Assembly (NCBI GenBank): GCA_000388065.2
Contig: KB932203.1
Source: Fonticula alba ATCC 38817
Taxonomy: Eukaryota > Protista > Nucleariida
Strand: one strand, 5' to 3'
DNA: 32,200 nt
The notes under the pieces were generated by a model. The model was not told where the DNA came from. It made no database searches and saw only the letters and a program-made list of their open reading frames with translations. The stretch's first letter is position 1, and each line of letters opens with the position of its first letter. A program made the translations under genes and the position numbers. Positions 31,489 to 32,200 of this stretch are shown piece by piece.

Positions 31489-32200
31489 ATGGCCGACCCC
31501 TCCTCCCCGGCCGCGCAGAAGCGCAGACGCGTGACTCTCACCCATGCGCCGGTCTCCTCGGAGCTGAGCTCCCCGCTGCTCGGTGCGCGCTCCCGGCTGC
31601 CATCGCCCGCCGCGCCGGCCACCTCGCCCATGCTGACCCACGCTGTGTCCTCCTTCCGTCTGCCGTCCTCCCCCCCCCCCCCCCCTCCCTTGGCCCCTGG
31701 CCGGCCCCTCAGTTGAGCTCCCCGTCGGCGCCAGCCAGCTCGAGGGCCTGCACTCGTTCAACCAGACGCGCGGGTCCTCGCGCAAGCCCCGCCGGTATCT
31801 GGCCTCCGATGTGGGACGCGTCCAGTTTGAGGCGTCGAACTTCGGGGAGAATGCCCGCCGCACGGGCAGCCGGTGCGCTTGCCTCCTCCGTCCCCCCGTC
31901 CCCCCGCCCCACACGCCCCACCCCGGTCGCCCTCGCGAGCCTGCACACGCAGTGGCTTCTGACCGCGGTGCTGCTTCGCCCTCCGTTCCCCCCCTCCCCC
32001 TCTCGATGCGTCGTCATCAGCTACGCCATCGGCATCTTCGACAAGGCGTCCGGCACCGTGCAGGTCGTCGAGGTCCCGGTCTTCGGTGCCTCGATGAAGA
32101 TCCATGCTCTGGACAAGCTCCAGGTCCAGGACCACGACACGCCGATCACCAGCGGCAAGGATGTGCGTCTCGCTGGCCGGCGCAAGGCCCCCCCCCCCCC
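31489..32200 (+). CDS. RPA49: RNA polymerase I subunit A49 / PAF53 (RPA49/POLR1E family), 5' part only, runs off the window
   Basis: Predicted exons 31489-31582, 31713-31872 and 32021-32162, with the next donor GTGCGT at 32163. The spliced protein reads MADPSSPAAQKRRRV..SPLLVELPVG..KPRRYLASDVGRVQFEASNFGENARRTGSRYAIGIFDKASGTVQVVEVPVF. This resembles the recalled PAF53 N-terminal segment (RILAAETDRLSYVGNNFG..RHFVGILNKTSGQMEVYDAELF). There is a candidate NLS KRRR at 31519-31530. Confidence 0.8.

Noticed and set aside
1-32200. tRNA, rRNA, snRNA genes or transposable elements
   Set aside because: I recognised no cloverleaf, rRNA-like segment, terminal repeats, or transposase/RT motifs. Nearly all sequence is accounted for by the three genes. 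Small intronic ncRNAs cannot be excluded without an Infernal/Rfam search.

Overview
Eukaryotic, very GC-rich, intron-rich genomic DNA with two assembly gaps (N at 1238-1923 and 9858-9879). It holds three protein-coding genes, which I reconstructed by hand from reading-frame continuity, splice signals and recalled family motifs. (1) A giant VPS13 bridge-like lipid-transfer protein gene on + (1074-25013; at least 24 exons; about 6,250 visible codons plus whatever lies in the first gap). (2) A ZGRF1-type DUF2439 + Upf1-like SF1 helicase gene on - (25330-30544; 7 exons; about 1,520 aa), convergent with VPS13 and apparently lacking the GRF zinc finger. (3) The 5' part of an RNA polymerase I A49/PAF53 (RPA49/POLR1E) subunit gene on + (from 31489), head-to-head with the helicase. 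Most ORFs in the six-frame track are stop-poor artefacts of high GC or intron read-through. The genome style suggests a protist such as Fonticula, but this is inference only. I saw no RNA genes, CRISPR arrays or mobile elements and no clearly new multi-gene system. The most interesting signals are the size and inserts of VPS13, its canonical FFAT motif, the zinc-finger-less ZGRF1 with an acidic repeat tail, an unusual GTGCGY donor consensus, and a minisatellite-filled, AG-free intron with a distant branch point.
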